Of a DNA stretch of 64,000 nt, positions 36,866-48,109 are shown in pieces. The translations under genes and the position numbers were made by a program. The stretch lies in the NCBI GenBank assembly GCA_965153285.1, contig OZ229115.1; one strand, 5' to 3'. The stretch's first letter is position 1; every line of letters starts with the position of its first letter. This DNA is from Podarcis tiliguerta (taxonomy: Eukaryota). The notes under the pieces are model-generated. The model worked only from the letters and a program-made list of their open reading frames with translations, was not told the origin of the DNA and made no database searches.

Positions 36866-37497
36866 TACTGCAAAGGCACTGAACTGGGGACAGAGTGCCA
36901 CAGACTCCCCATTCACATACTGTAAATGCTAACGGTTGTATTTAGCTAAGTCCACCTCAGAACGAACGTGTTGAAATTAAGTTAGTCATGTCCATTAGCT
37001 TAAGTGGTTCTACTCTGAGCAGGACCAGTGCTGAACACCACATGTTGCTGGCACTTCTGCCATTGTTTTCTGAACATTACCGAGTATTGTCTTAGCTGCT
37101 TACTAATCCCTCCAGGCAGCTCATTAATCCACAGCAGACAAGACACGGCCACACAAACAGCATTTACTGTGGGAAGGCTGGATGTCATTAAACTGAGGTT
37201 GGCTTTTGCAAAGGTTTTCCGCTCTGCTGAGCCCCAGGCGTGAGCCCCCTGCTTCCAAGGTCTCTGCTTATGTGTGAGCTTGGATGATGCCAGCGACAAG
37301 ACGTTCAGTGGCTCATCGATTTCTCAAGGCAGCAATGGATTCAGAGTGTGAGCAGGAAGTCACGCTTGCTCAAACCTCTGGCCGAAGAGCATTCACGGAA
37401 ACGTCTAGTAAACACGGACAGCGGAAGGCAGATCAAAGCAAATAAACGAAGTCCAATCATACAGAGCCAGAAGCCAGAAATCAGAAACAAAGCTCAC

Positions 37498-37623
37498 CTC
37501 ATCTTGGGAAAGCTCTCTTTTGTGAAGGATTCAGACAGTGCAGGGTTGCCTTTAAGTTTCAGATGAGTCAGTCCGCTCAATCCAGCCAATGGCAGCGTAA
37601 CCAGCTGATTGTCAGTCAAATCT
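37498..37623 (-). CDS. LGR6: LGR6 exon 15 equivalent
   Basis: [41 protein letters not shown](R); 126 nt. Confidence 0.95.
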
Positions 37624-40600
37624 CTATTGGAGAAAAAGGCGGTGGGGGGTGGGGACACTGGTATAGGTTAGTGAGAAGTGTGCTGGGCCCAAGAGATGTT
37701 CAGGATATTTAGAATTTATATCATTACTGTTTTAATGAGGATTTTTCAAAACTTAAAAAAAGGTTGGTTTATTTAAAGGATTTATAATCCAATTTTTGAT
37801 AGTCCCTTGGGTAAGTTGTTGGGATATTGTTAAAAATCAATAGATCATGTTACATAAACAAATAAATGAAAAGAACACAATAGGCGGGTGCTTTTTTCCA
37901 CACCTTCGTTCAGGTTAAGTTGTTATGAATTGGCATGTATTTGGCTGCTTGGAGAAAAGACACAGCGTGCATTTACACCATGATGCCAAACACCAACTCA
38001 CATTACATGGGAAAGTATTCTTCTTGCAGCAAAATGTGGCAGCAGAGCCCCCAAAAGAAAGAACCAAGAATGCTGCATTTCTCTACGGTAAAAATGGCAA
38101 CCACTGACCAAAACAAGCATCTTTAATGTAGCAACTATTCATAGGAACAGGAAAACTTGTGCTCATAATCCTTGGTAAAAAAAAATCTAACTTTTAGGAG
38201 ATGTATTTGCTTTAAATAGATCTCTTTCCATCAAAAATAGATGTTACCCGTAAGAAAATATATAGTGCTTTAAAGCACCCCATACATAGCAGCTGCATGA
38301 CATGTCAAACTGAATCATGGTTTAGTGCTACATGGACAAGGCTTCTTGTAGGTTTCAAGCCAGTTTCATGACTCATGGTTTCAACTTCCCTTATTTATCA
38401 GCTAGCAATTATGCAACAACTGTTGGTCATTCACAATGAACCCCTGTTTGTATGTGACATGAAGCCAAGGAAAATAAGCATCTACACATAGTGAATCTTG
38501 GTGGCTTCTCGTTCCTCTGTGATATTCAACCTATAACCTTCTCACTAGTCTTGTTTATTTTATCTGTTTATTTTCTAACATTTATAAGCCCACTTTTCTT
38601 CCATCATGGAACCCAAGAAAGCATACACATGGTTCCTATAAGGTCTCCCAACGAGAAACTGACCAAACAGAGATCCTGGAAGGTGTGGGCCTCTTTTGCT
38701 CTCCGTAGTAGAATTTTGTATTTTCACCAGAGAAATGTTGGAGGGTATGGTGCAGTGTAGGACTAGGACCAGGGAGACCAAAGGTAAAGAACCACTGCTT
38801 TGCTAATCAAGTTAACTGGTGACCTCAAAGAGTGGCTGTGATGCTATAATAGGAAAGGGTATGATCTTTTATAGTATCCTGAGCTACCTGGGAAGACGAA
38901 TGGTACAAGAGTGTAATAAAATATGTAAATAGCATTATTATACTATACGTTCTTCCCAGGCTAGCCAGCAAGTAGCTTTAATACGTAATCTACCCAGTCA
39001 GGATGCATGAGGGGAAGCTATTCTGCTGAATGGCAGAAAGATTCCAAGTATAGGTTGAATTATCACTAAGGAAAGAGAGGCCAACAAAGTTCACTATGTG
39101 TAGCTGATTGTTTCTCAGTATAGTTGCTCTGTTAGCTTCGCCGGCAAAAGACACGACCACTTTTATCTTTCCCACACAATAAAAAAGCAAGGCTTTTTTC
39201 CAAAATGCCAGACGAATAGCCTCAGGCCCACAGACAGATTTCATGCACTCCTTTTTGTCCCACACGTTGCAATATAATAGTGCGGTGAGACATTTATATC
39301 ACATCAGCATAGTGATCAGATATGCCTTTGTGGCCCATTTATCCCTGCAGGCCAGTGGCTCAAGCAGTTTGTGTCTACCCTGGCCCCACACTTGCCAACT
39401 GCAATGACTGTGAGACCAGTGTGGGTTGTGTTCTCAGCACAACAGAGTTCCAGGAGTCGGCAGAGGCATGACCCATGAGAAAAGTACCTATTTTCCCCAG
39501 GAACGCTTCCTGTACTTCTGCTTATGCAAAGACATGTCAAAATAAGACCATGGGAAGATGCAGTGCCAATGAAGCACACGTACACCTGGCCCATCACTTT
39601 AGCAATCCTGCTTTGTCATCTAGTCCAAACCCCTGCAATGCAGGAACCTCAACACACAGCCCCTGCCATCTAATTTGAAATCATATAGGACTCTGCTTAG
39701 CTTTGCAAATGTGCTAGCAGTTTTATTGCTGCAGCACTAGATGCTCAGTTGCTCTTTTGTTAATAGCAGGACGTGCCCCTGAATCCACCCCCTACTCTCA
39801 AGTATTCTATAAGGGCACTGACATTTTTCCTAGCTTCCACATGCCCAGGAGTCCATACCTGGATTCTCAAACAATGAAGTCCAGCAGCCTGCTGTTCCTA
39901 TGCATGCTATTTAGACTTACTTTGGACAAAAGTCCATCGGTGGAATTCAATATCATGCTCTTCCAATTGCTCCATCTGGCATTCTCGTTTGCTAGATGGA
40001 ACTACCCCCCTTTCAGGGGGCATGGGAAGGTGTGTGGGGAGGAGAGGAAGGGAAAGCCTCATTTTCCAGCAGCAGTCCATGCGCAGGGCTTCCACTGCTG
40101 GGGCTGGTTAGGTAAATCCCACCCCATTATCCCTAGAAATTAGGGAACTAGGCTTTTGTACCCTGTGCTGTTAGGCTGCCACTTTTAAGGGGATCTGCCA
40201 GCAATACGTTTCTTTTCTTTTCACCTGATTTTCCCTTGAAAATAAGCACATGGTTTTAGTCCAGTAACACAACATGCTGTATGGGTTATTTCAGCTAAAC
40301 TCTGTTCTGTAATAGAACCAACCCTTGGCATTTAATGGTATATTGTTGTTTAAACCAGAGGGGACAGTGGAGCCAAGAAAGGCCTTTGGAATGTTGATGC
40401 TCCTCAATAATTCCAAAATTTTCACTGCTTGGCAGAACTAAGGACTTTCACTGGCCTGGTGGTAAAAATATTATAATAAAGTGATAGCTTTTACCCTTTT
40501 AATTTAGACATTGTAAATGGATAAGCAATCAGGTTTTGATCAGGTGAAAAGCATATTTAGCTGTGTGTAAAAGGAGATTAACTTCTACAGCACCTCAGTT

Positions 40601-40740
40601 TGGGGTATTTAATTTTTGACACAATGCCTACCTTTGACATAATGCCTACCTCTCTTACTGCCCTGGCCTGCTTTGGAAGGGAGGGTGGCATATAAATTTA
40701 ACTCAAACAACAGTAATTTATCCCTGCCAGTGTAACTTAC

Positions 40741-40812
40741 AGCTTGATGAGAGAGCGGAGGGTCACAAAGGCATCCGTGTGGATAGACTGAATGGAATTC
40801 CAGCTCAGGTCT
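40741..40812 (-). CDS. LGR6: LGR6 exon 14 equivalent (LRR)
   Basis: DLSWNSIQSIHTDAFVTLRSLIK(L); 72 nt; phase 2-2. Confidence 0.94.
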
Positions 40813-41284
40813 CTGCAAGGCAAAAGTACATGCAGGGATGGAGAAAGTATGCTGAAGAGTCTGTAAGTCAGGGGTGGGGAACTGCTAGGGTTGCCACCTT
40901 TGGTCGGGCAAAATAAAGGACAGGTCGGGGGGGATTGTGGGGCTAAAAATTACTTTACCTGGTGCAGAAATAACACAGGGTTTACAGTGGTTTATTCTGC
41001 AACCCACCCTCTGCCCGTGCAAAATCCCTCTTTCTAACCCTTCCTCCCTGGCCCACCCCACCCTCTGGCTATGTCCTGCGATAACTATTGCTCTCACCCT
41101 TGGCTCTCCTCCTTGTGAACCTACCCTTTGCCTGCACAAATACCTGGTCAGGCTCTCACTCTCCTTCTCTCACTGGACCCACCCTCTGCCAGCACAGTTT
41201 GAGGATGAGGAAGAGAATAAGCTTGAACACATGAAAAAACTCGTCCCACTGGAAGTCCAAGCAGGAAAAAAAGGATAACCACAT

Positions 41285-41613
41285 TGAAATATACTCAGAG
41301 TCGCAAAGTGATTTCATGCTCTTTATTCAGCTCATAGTGGTGAGGAGGAATGAATGAATGTCCCCTCAAGTATCTGCTTTATATACATTATTTACACAAT
41401 GGGCTGCACATGATTGGCTAATTCCGGAATTCTACTGTAAGCCAATCAGGTTGTGGATTCACTTCTATCTGGAGCATGATTGGGTGGTTCCTGTCAACCA
41501 ATCATACTGCTGCATTGTTCTATGGCCAATCAGACTGCTGCCTTTTTGATCCTATTGTTCTAGGACCAATCAGACTGCTGCAGTTTGGATCCTATTCAAC
41601 TCAGTACATAACA
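41285..41613 (-). mobile_element. Solo LTR, 329 bp
   Basis: TG...CA ends and 5-bp TSD CACAT; minus-strand TATATAAA followed by AATAAA; repeated CCAATCA units. Confidence 0.82.
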
Positions 41614-43232
41614 CACATTTTTCTAGGGATGGGTAGCAACCACCCCATGGGTTGGATCTGGCACCTGGGGCTTCCCCATCCAGCTTGCAGCACACACACA
41701 CCGCCCCCTTCTCTCTCTGCAATTAGGCTTCAAAAAGCCTTCTAGTAGATCCAATAGAACACTTCTTGTAAGCATGATAGCAGCACAGGAGGGCATTTTC
41801 AGAAAAAGGTTGCACTTGGGGAAGGGAAGATTGACCCTGTCCTTTCTGTGACCTCCCCACCCACCAAAGGGTGGTGGTGGAATTATTATGTGTGAATTTA
41901 GTATGAGTATGGTGTGGATTGTTATTTCAGCAGAACCTCAGAAGTATGGGCCTTAGGAATACAAGCTGGCTGGTCATACAACAGGGCTCTTGCATATAGC
42001 TTCTGAAAGATCCATGGAGGGTATGAGGGGCTGTTGTCCTCTAGCTTCAACAGGGAGAGCTGTGTAAGGAACAGCCTGAGCAGAAAGTGCAAGGCTGTGA
42101 GGTTTGCAGACTGGGCTAGGACTAAGCTTTGGGACAGAGGACTCTGTTCGAGAACTTGAGTAAGGAGCAGGAAAGATGAGTGATGGACCATTGTTTTTAC
42201 TTATTTTTAAATTCCCCCCTTTTCAGCCCAAAGGGTTGAAACGTTTTGGTGCACAAATAATCTCTTGCTCCTGGTATGCTTGTAACTCTGAGGAATGCAA
42301 TACATCACAGGTCTTCTCTCTGTGTGAGGCATGTGATATAGAGTGTGTGTTCATATTGTTGTAGATTTGAAGGGGACACCACTAAACCCTAGAAATTAAT
42401 AAATGGTAGGGTTTTGATTAGTTGGAGGGTTGAAGGGGAAATTGCAGGCCAGTGGAAGAACACTGGCTAAGCTTCCTTTCCAAGCCAGGGCCTTACCTGG
42501 GATAGAGGCATAAACATGACAAAAGGTGTTGATGGTCCATCTGAGAGGAATTATTGGGCCTGGGCAGACAGAGCTTGCTGTGGTGATAAGGTGTATGACT
42601 GAAGTGTCAGGAAAAGAGGGAGTTTGGAGTGAGGTGTGCTGGGAAGAATAGGGGAGAGAAGAGACTGGGATCCATTTTGGGCAGGCTGGCTGAAGGCTGG
42701 CTGAGAGAGATAACTTTGACTCCAGTGCTGCGCTGCTGTGGGGGACAAGCCCCTCTTGAAATGACCATGCTGTAAGACCTGGACTCCCTCCATGCAGACT
42801 GAAGGTGTAAATAGATGAACGAATTATATTTATTAAAGCCACGACAGTCTTCGCTGTGTCTTCAAGCTTCCAAAGGAGCACAAACCCTGGGTGAGTGCCT
42901 GAAATCCCCTGGAATCTTGCTACTGGCTTGGCAGAGAGTGGGGGTGGCACCCAACTTCTGCAACAATATTTTAAATTCATCTGTATCTGGTACTTTTGCA
43001 GACTTAGAGCTGGGCCCAACACATTGAACTATATATTCCACTCAGTGCTGCTGCTCCTTTTTTTTCGGTTGGTGGGGGCAAGGTAGATGTCATCACAAGA
43101 ATGGGCTGTTGTGTGTCCATGGGCTGGCATGGCAGGCTTGTTTTGAATAGATCTTTGTACGGCTGCGTCTGCAATCATGAACTACTCCACTAAAATAAAA
43201 ACCTCTGATGCTTCCCAGCAAGCTGTACTCAC

Positions 43233-43304
43233 ATGGAGCGCAAGGCTGTGAGCTGCCCAAAGGTGTCTGCTCCAATTTTGCGGATGCGGTTGTGCTGAAG
43301 GCCA
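43233..43304 (-). CDS. LGR6: LGR6 exon 13 equivalent (LRR)
   Basis: GLQHNRIRKIGADTFGQLTALRS(I); 72 nt. Confidence 0.94.
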
Positions 43305-43804
43305 CTGCAAAGACAGAGAGGCTGAAATGAGAGAGGGAGACTTGCTTCACAGAGATCTCCATCCTCACTGGCAGCAGAAGAAAGGAGGACTGCCATGAAG
43401 GTTTATTTCTATTCAGGCTTGAAAAGGGGTTCAGATTTCAAGGGGAAAGTGGATCAAGAGACAAAACAACTCCTTGCCACCCACCCCTTTCCCTGCATAC
43501 TGCCTCAGGCCTGCGACAGTGCCCCCTTCAAATAAAATGTGTGCTTGAGGGAGGCAGGGTGGGGGGGGCGGCAGTTACAAGCACCAAGGTTTCTTTATAC
43601 CAACAGTTCCCAGGCCTCTGCAGCATCTGCTCACACTATGAAGCCTGCAGGGTTCGGTGTCACCAGCTGGTGCTCCCACCCATGGGAATACCATGTGGGT
43701 GGGGAGAAGGGAACTCTTGGGAAAGCAGAGACTCAGTGCCCTCATACTCACTGGTCTGTTTTGCCCTGACCTTCTCAACCTGAAATCCCTCAAAACTATT
43801 TTAT

Positions 43805-43965
43805 GTTCAGTGGCAGAGCATCTGCCTTCCCTTCAGAAGGTCTCAGCCTGATAGGTCAGGCTGGGAAAAGCTCCTGCCTGCAACCCTGGAGAGCCACTGC
43901 CAGCCAGAGCAGACAAGACTGAGCTAGATGGACCAACAGCCTGGCTTTGCATAAGGCAGCTTCCT
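43805..43965 (+). mobile_element. tRNA-derived SINE (Squam3-like)
   Basis: TCAGTGGCAGAGCATCTGC...CCCTGGAGAGCCACTGCCAG...CTGAGCTAGATGGACCAA...ATAAGGCAGCTTCC. Confidence 0.7.
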
Positions 43966-44155
43966 CTGCTGCTTCAAGCATTCATGCAAAAAGTTATACA
44001 CAGGGCACAAGAAACCCAGAGATGTTATTAAACCCCAGGAAGATCCTGTGCTACAGCACCCATCTCCAGACTGTTTATCCACCTCCAGACTGCTTAACTT
44101 GTTGTGCAGGCTTGGGGATTCCACCTCAGCTTGCCCCGAAGCAAGAGTTACTCAC

Positions 44156-44221
44156 ATCTCTTCCAACTTCTGGCAGTGGTGGAAACTGGGTAGCTCCTCA
44201 ATTTGATTGTGCGAGAGCTCA
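44156..44221 (-). CDS. LGR6: LGR6 exon 12 equivalent (LRR)
   Basis: ELSHNQIEELPSFHHCQKLEE(I); 66 nt. Confidence 0.95.
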
Positions 44222-45191
44222 CTGTGGGGAAAACAACGAAAGTTAGAACAAAGCCTTCCTTCTTGAAGGCCCTCTTGGAATGTATTTGGTTTTGAGGAAA
44301 GGAGTGGGTGTCCCCAGGCTATGCAGCTGGGGAAGCAGGAAACCCCAGAGACAGGTAATATCCTCTTTGCACCCACCCCATGCTTGGCACCAGTCCTTTC
44401 ATTCATTTATATGCCCAGTTTCCTGATATTATCCCTAGATTATTCAACCCTTCCTCTGTTCAATTTAGCTTCTTTCTGTGTCCAACTCACCAAAAAAAGG
44501 CAAAAACACAGCAGTAACTGGCTACTACTTGGTGGCTATCTAAGTTGACATATGGGTGGGTATAAAGCATACTTCTGCATGATGCTGTTACATCACTTGA
44601 AACCAGTGTTCTTCAACCTTGTGTCCCAAGGATTTTGCTCAAGTACAACACCTACAATCCCTGATCACTGGCTAAAATGACTGGGGGATTATAGTCCAAC
44701 AACATCTGGGGACGTCTAACTGAAAAACACCACAGTTTAATGTATTGTGTGTTAGCTGAGGACTACGCAAGAGCTGTAGATGCCACTCCAGCATCTGCGA
44801 TTTTTCAGTCCAGCACTTCTTTCAATATGTGCAAAAGGCAAACTTTGATCTTAATCCTGGATAATCTCTGCCCCTTTTTTTCCACCCACTCATCCCCACG
44901 ATATTCTTAACCCAATATATCCTGATACTGGTGTTCATTAAATTCAGGGATTAAGAGTGATATTCCATATGACTACAGATGGAACTGAAGCGACACAATA
45001 TGATTTCCAGAAAGCCCATTAATGCTAGCTCCCTGGAATGGAGAAAGCAGAAGGGTGGAAAATGTGCCATGGCTGCCCAGTACACTTCTGTGCCAGACTG
45101 GTCAGCAACAGGGAGCCATGGCTTCCTGTGTTGGCAGGAAATATGCCTGCCAAGAGCCCTAGCAAGAAAGGGAAGCATGTTTGTAACTTAC

Positions 45192-45263
45192 AGAACTCGT
45201 AGGCTGGGCAGCTGCTGGCACATTCCTCCAGGAAGCAAACGGATGCCAGCCCGGGTCAAAGTC
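45192..45263 (-). CDS. LGR6: LGR6 exon 11 equivalent (LRR)
   Basis: TLTRAGIRLLPGGMCQQLPSLRV(L); 72 nt. Confidence 0.95.
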
Positions 45264-45793
45264 CTGTAGAAGAGGAGAAGACACAGTTGATGCCAATATA
45301 TGCAGGGAAGGCCTGGTCTCTTCCCTGTTGCTTGTATGAATACTACTAAGGAAGATGACTGGGATAGAATTAAAAGAGCTGCACCATGTGGGATATAGAA
45401 GTCTATCACATCTGGGGAAATAGGGCGAAAGCAGGTACGAGTTGTGTCACTGTGGTCTAAGACCCAGGGGAAAAGTGAAGAATGTTTTTCCAGCTGACCC
45501 AAGAATACCCTTTGCCTAGTCAAGTTTCTACAGTAACGAAGCTCTGACATAGTCTGTCCAGCTAATGACAAGCTTTGCCTGCCACAGAGTAATTCTAAAA
45601 AAAGCAGCACCATGAACGAAAGTGGAAAACTGCCTGAAAAGCATATTTGGGCGGCTCCTTCAGGAGTTTCCTTTGCACCTCACATACATTTTCCTATCTT
45701 CCAGTGGCTGAAAGGGGACCTGCACTGATATGGATGAAGAAAAGCGTGGTGGGGTTATGCAGTGATATTGGGTTTCATATTCCTATTGCTTAC

Positions 45794-45865
45794 ATAATCT
45801 GGAGCAATGGATTCCCAGCAAACGCCTTCTCTGGAATAGCCTTGATGTTGTTGTTATGGAAGCCC
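45794..45865 (-). CDS. LGR6: LGR6 exon 8 equivalent (LRR)
   Basis: [23 protein letters not shown]; 72 nt; CAG| acceptor and |GTAAGC donor. Confidence 0.95.
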
Positions 45866-47054
45866 CTGTTGAGCAAGAAGACACAGGGTGGTTAAGGATT
45901 AGAACACAGAAGTATTGTTTAAACATAGAAAGTCTGAAGTTAGCTTTCTCACAACATAAAATTTACTACATGGATAGTGTGTGACTCTTCAATGTAGTCC
46001 ATTGCATTTGTGAAGATGTGGCAGGAAGCCTTCACCACTTATGTTTTCCCTCCTGTTGTTTCTATACATGCTGCAAAACAGACACATGCCCATTACATGG
46101 CCATGATTACCATATTTTATTTCTTAATATATGGACTTCACCAATTCTCTATGAAGCTCAAAGTAATTTAGCCTCTTTACAGCGTATGTGCATGCATACC
46201 AGTTTTTTGAGATGCAAAGATAGGACAAAACCATTTAATGAAGCCGAACTGAATTAGCAGCATTGGTCAAACCTGACATCACAAACAGCAGTTATAATGT
46301 ATGCAGAATATATGCAAATAAGTACAAAAGACACCCCCTGTGCTCTTGGCAAGCTAACAACGTAAGCTTCACAGTCTAGGCCCCTATCCTGGGACACAGT
46401 AATTTGGTGGGAACCAGTACAGTTGAAACACCCCAGATATGTGGATTTTGGAAACTGGAAACACTGAGACAGTGCATGCCACCCCCAAATTAGGACCATC
46501 TGAACACATCCTAAGGGCTGAGAAGCCTATTACCCACAATGCACGTCTGTTTCCTGGAAAGCCAGAAATTGCCCATGTCCTGGAAGAATGAATGGACCTT
46601 AGTGAGGTGGAAAATGAGAATGCTCCACTGAGGGTAATAATTAGAGCCTCAAAGCTTCTTCTGAAGGAACATAGCCCTAGAGGGGGAAAGCAGCAGGGGC
46701 TGCAGAAACTGGCACAGCAAAATATGCCCGTCCCATCAGTGCTGTGGGCCTTCAGCAGTTCTCTGCGGAGGTGTGCTTGTGTGCGAGTCTCATGTGTTTG
46801 GCCAAAGGCCATAGTTATTACACCCCATGGCGATCTGCCCACTGGTACCACAACTTTGGAAACTCTATTTGGCACTAATGACATCCGTGAGGCATTTATT
46901 GCAGTGTGGGGAGAGGGGCATGCTGAATTTATGAGAGGCCTGGTGAAAGAGGAATGCACATTAGCATTTGGAATGGCAGTTCTGTCCACATTAAAGCTGG
47001 AGCCAGATTATCTCTGAGAATTCTTCCTCGAGGAAAGCAAAAGAAATGCCTTAC

Positions 47055-47123
47055 AGCTCTTGAAGTCGGCCGAGTGTCCTAATGGCCACTGGGAATTCCA
47101 CCAACTCATTATAATTTAGGTCC
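47055..47123 (-). CDS. LGR6: LGR6 exon 7 equivalent (LRR); upstream exons lie beyond the right edge
   Basis: [22 protein letters not shown](L); 69 nt. No HLHNNRI-type exon 6 was found in 47124-64000. Confidence 0.94.
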
Positions 47124-47933
47124 CTGGGAGAGAGAAAAGCAAAGGCATCATTAAGAAAGCTAGAAAAGCTCAGCAGAGTGTGACACATTCCAAAGGCTTG
47201 GAAAAACACAGTCATTATGCACTGGAGATGAGCTTTCCAAGTATGTTTATCCAGCCACCCATGTCTGGAAACACAATATCAAAGAAATGCTGGAATATTC
47301 CCTGTTAGGAGACAAATCAGGCCTAAGCCAAGCTCCAGAGACCTCTAGTAATGCCACCATCCTGGACCCCCAACATCCCTATCTGAGCTACTCCCTCTGA
47401 TGCATCTTAGCTGCCCTTCTAGGACTTGGCATTCTACCAGTCTATCCTACACTCATCACCACCACCACCGTCCTCCTCTCAAACACATTTCTAAAACCAA
47501 GCAAAAGGAAGAGGAAATTATTTAATGCATTTTCAAACAGAGTGCTTTCTTCACAGCTTGCTTGGCCTTGCCCGGTTTTCAGAGAAAAGGGGAAGCAGCA
47601 GCTGTAGCCTACAAGGGCAGGGAGCAGCTATTGCCAAGGTAAGTTATGTTATGGCTACTTTAAAGAAAACAAGAGGCATAGGTGGCCAACGAGTCATCGT
47701 CCCTCCAATGCTGTGCAGTCAGTAACTGTCATCATCGCCAGCCAGCACAGTCAATAGCCAGGGATGATGGGAATTGTAGTTCAAAACCAATAAAATTAAG
47801 ATGACGATGCAATCTTGTTGCAAGTGAAATGTTGTGTTTTGGTGTTACGATATTTGCTGTTAGGCTATTGCTTTGTTATGTCAAAAAATTGTTTTCGTAA
47901 TAGTTGATTTTCTTGTTTTCTTTGTTGTAAGCT

Positions 47934-48109
47934 CAGGGGCGTAGGAAGTGGGGCGGTCTGCCCCGGGTGCCATCCCAGAGGGAGGGGGGTGAAAAATCCT
48001 CCCTGGGAGGATTGCCACCGTGACGATCACCCTATCCCCTGGGTGGATCGCCTCTGGGTGCCCGGCATGTGTGCCGCTCCGGGTGCCCGAGCAGCTAGCT
48101 CCGCCACTG
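47934..48109. mobile_element. hAT MITE, GC-rich
   Basis: TIR CAG(G/T)GGCG(T/G)AG; perfect 8-bp TSD TGTAAGCT. Confidence 0.85.

Noticed and set aside
46254-46499. SQCFQFPKSTYL resembling SAFQYLPKLHTL of the missing exon 9
   Set aside because: It lies upstream of exon 8, has no FYDNP and no suitable splice sites.
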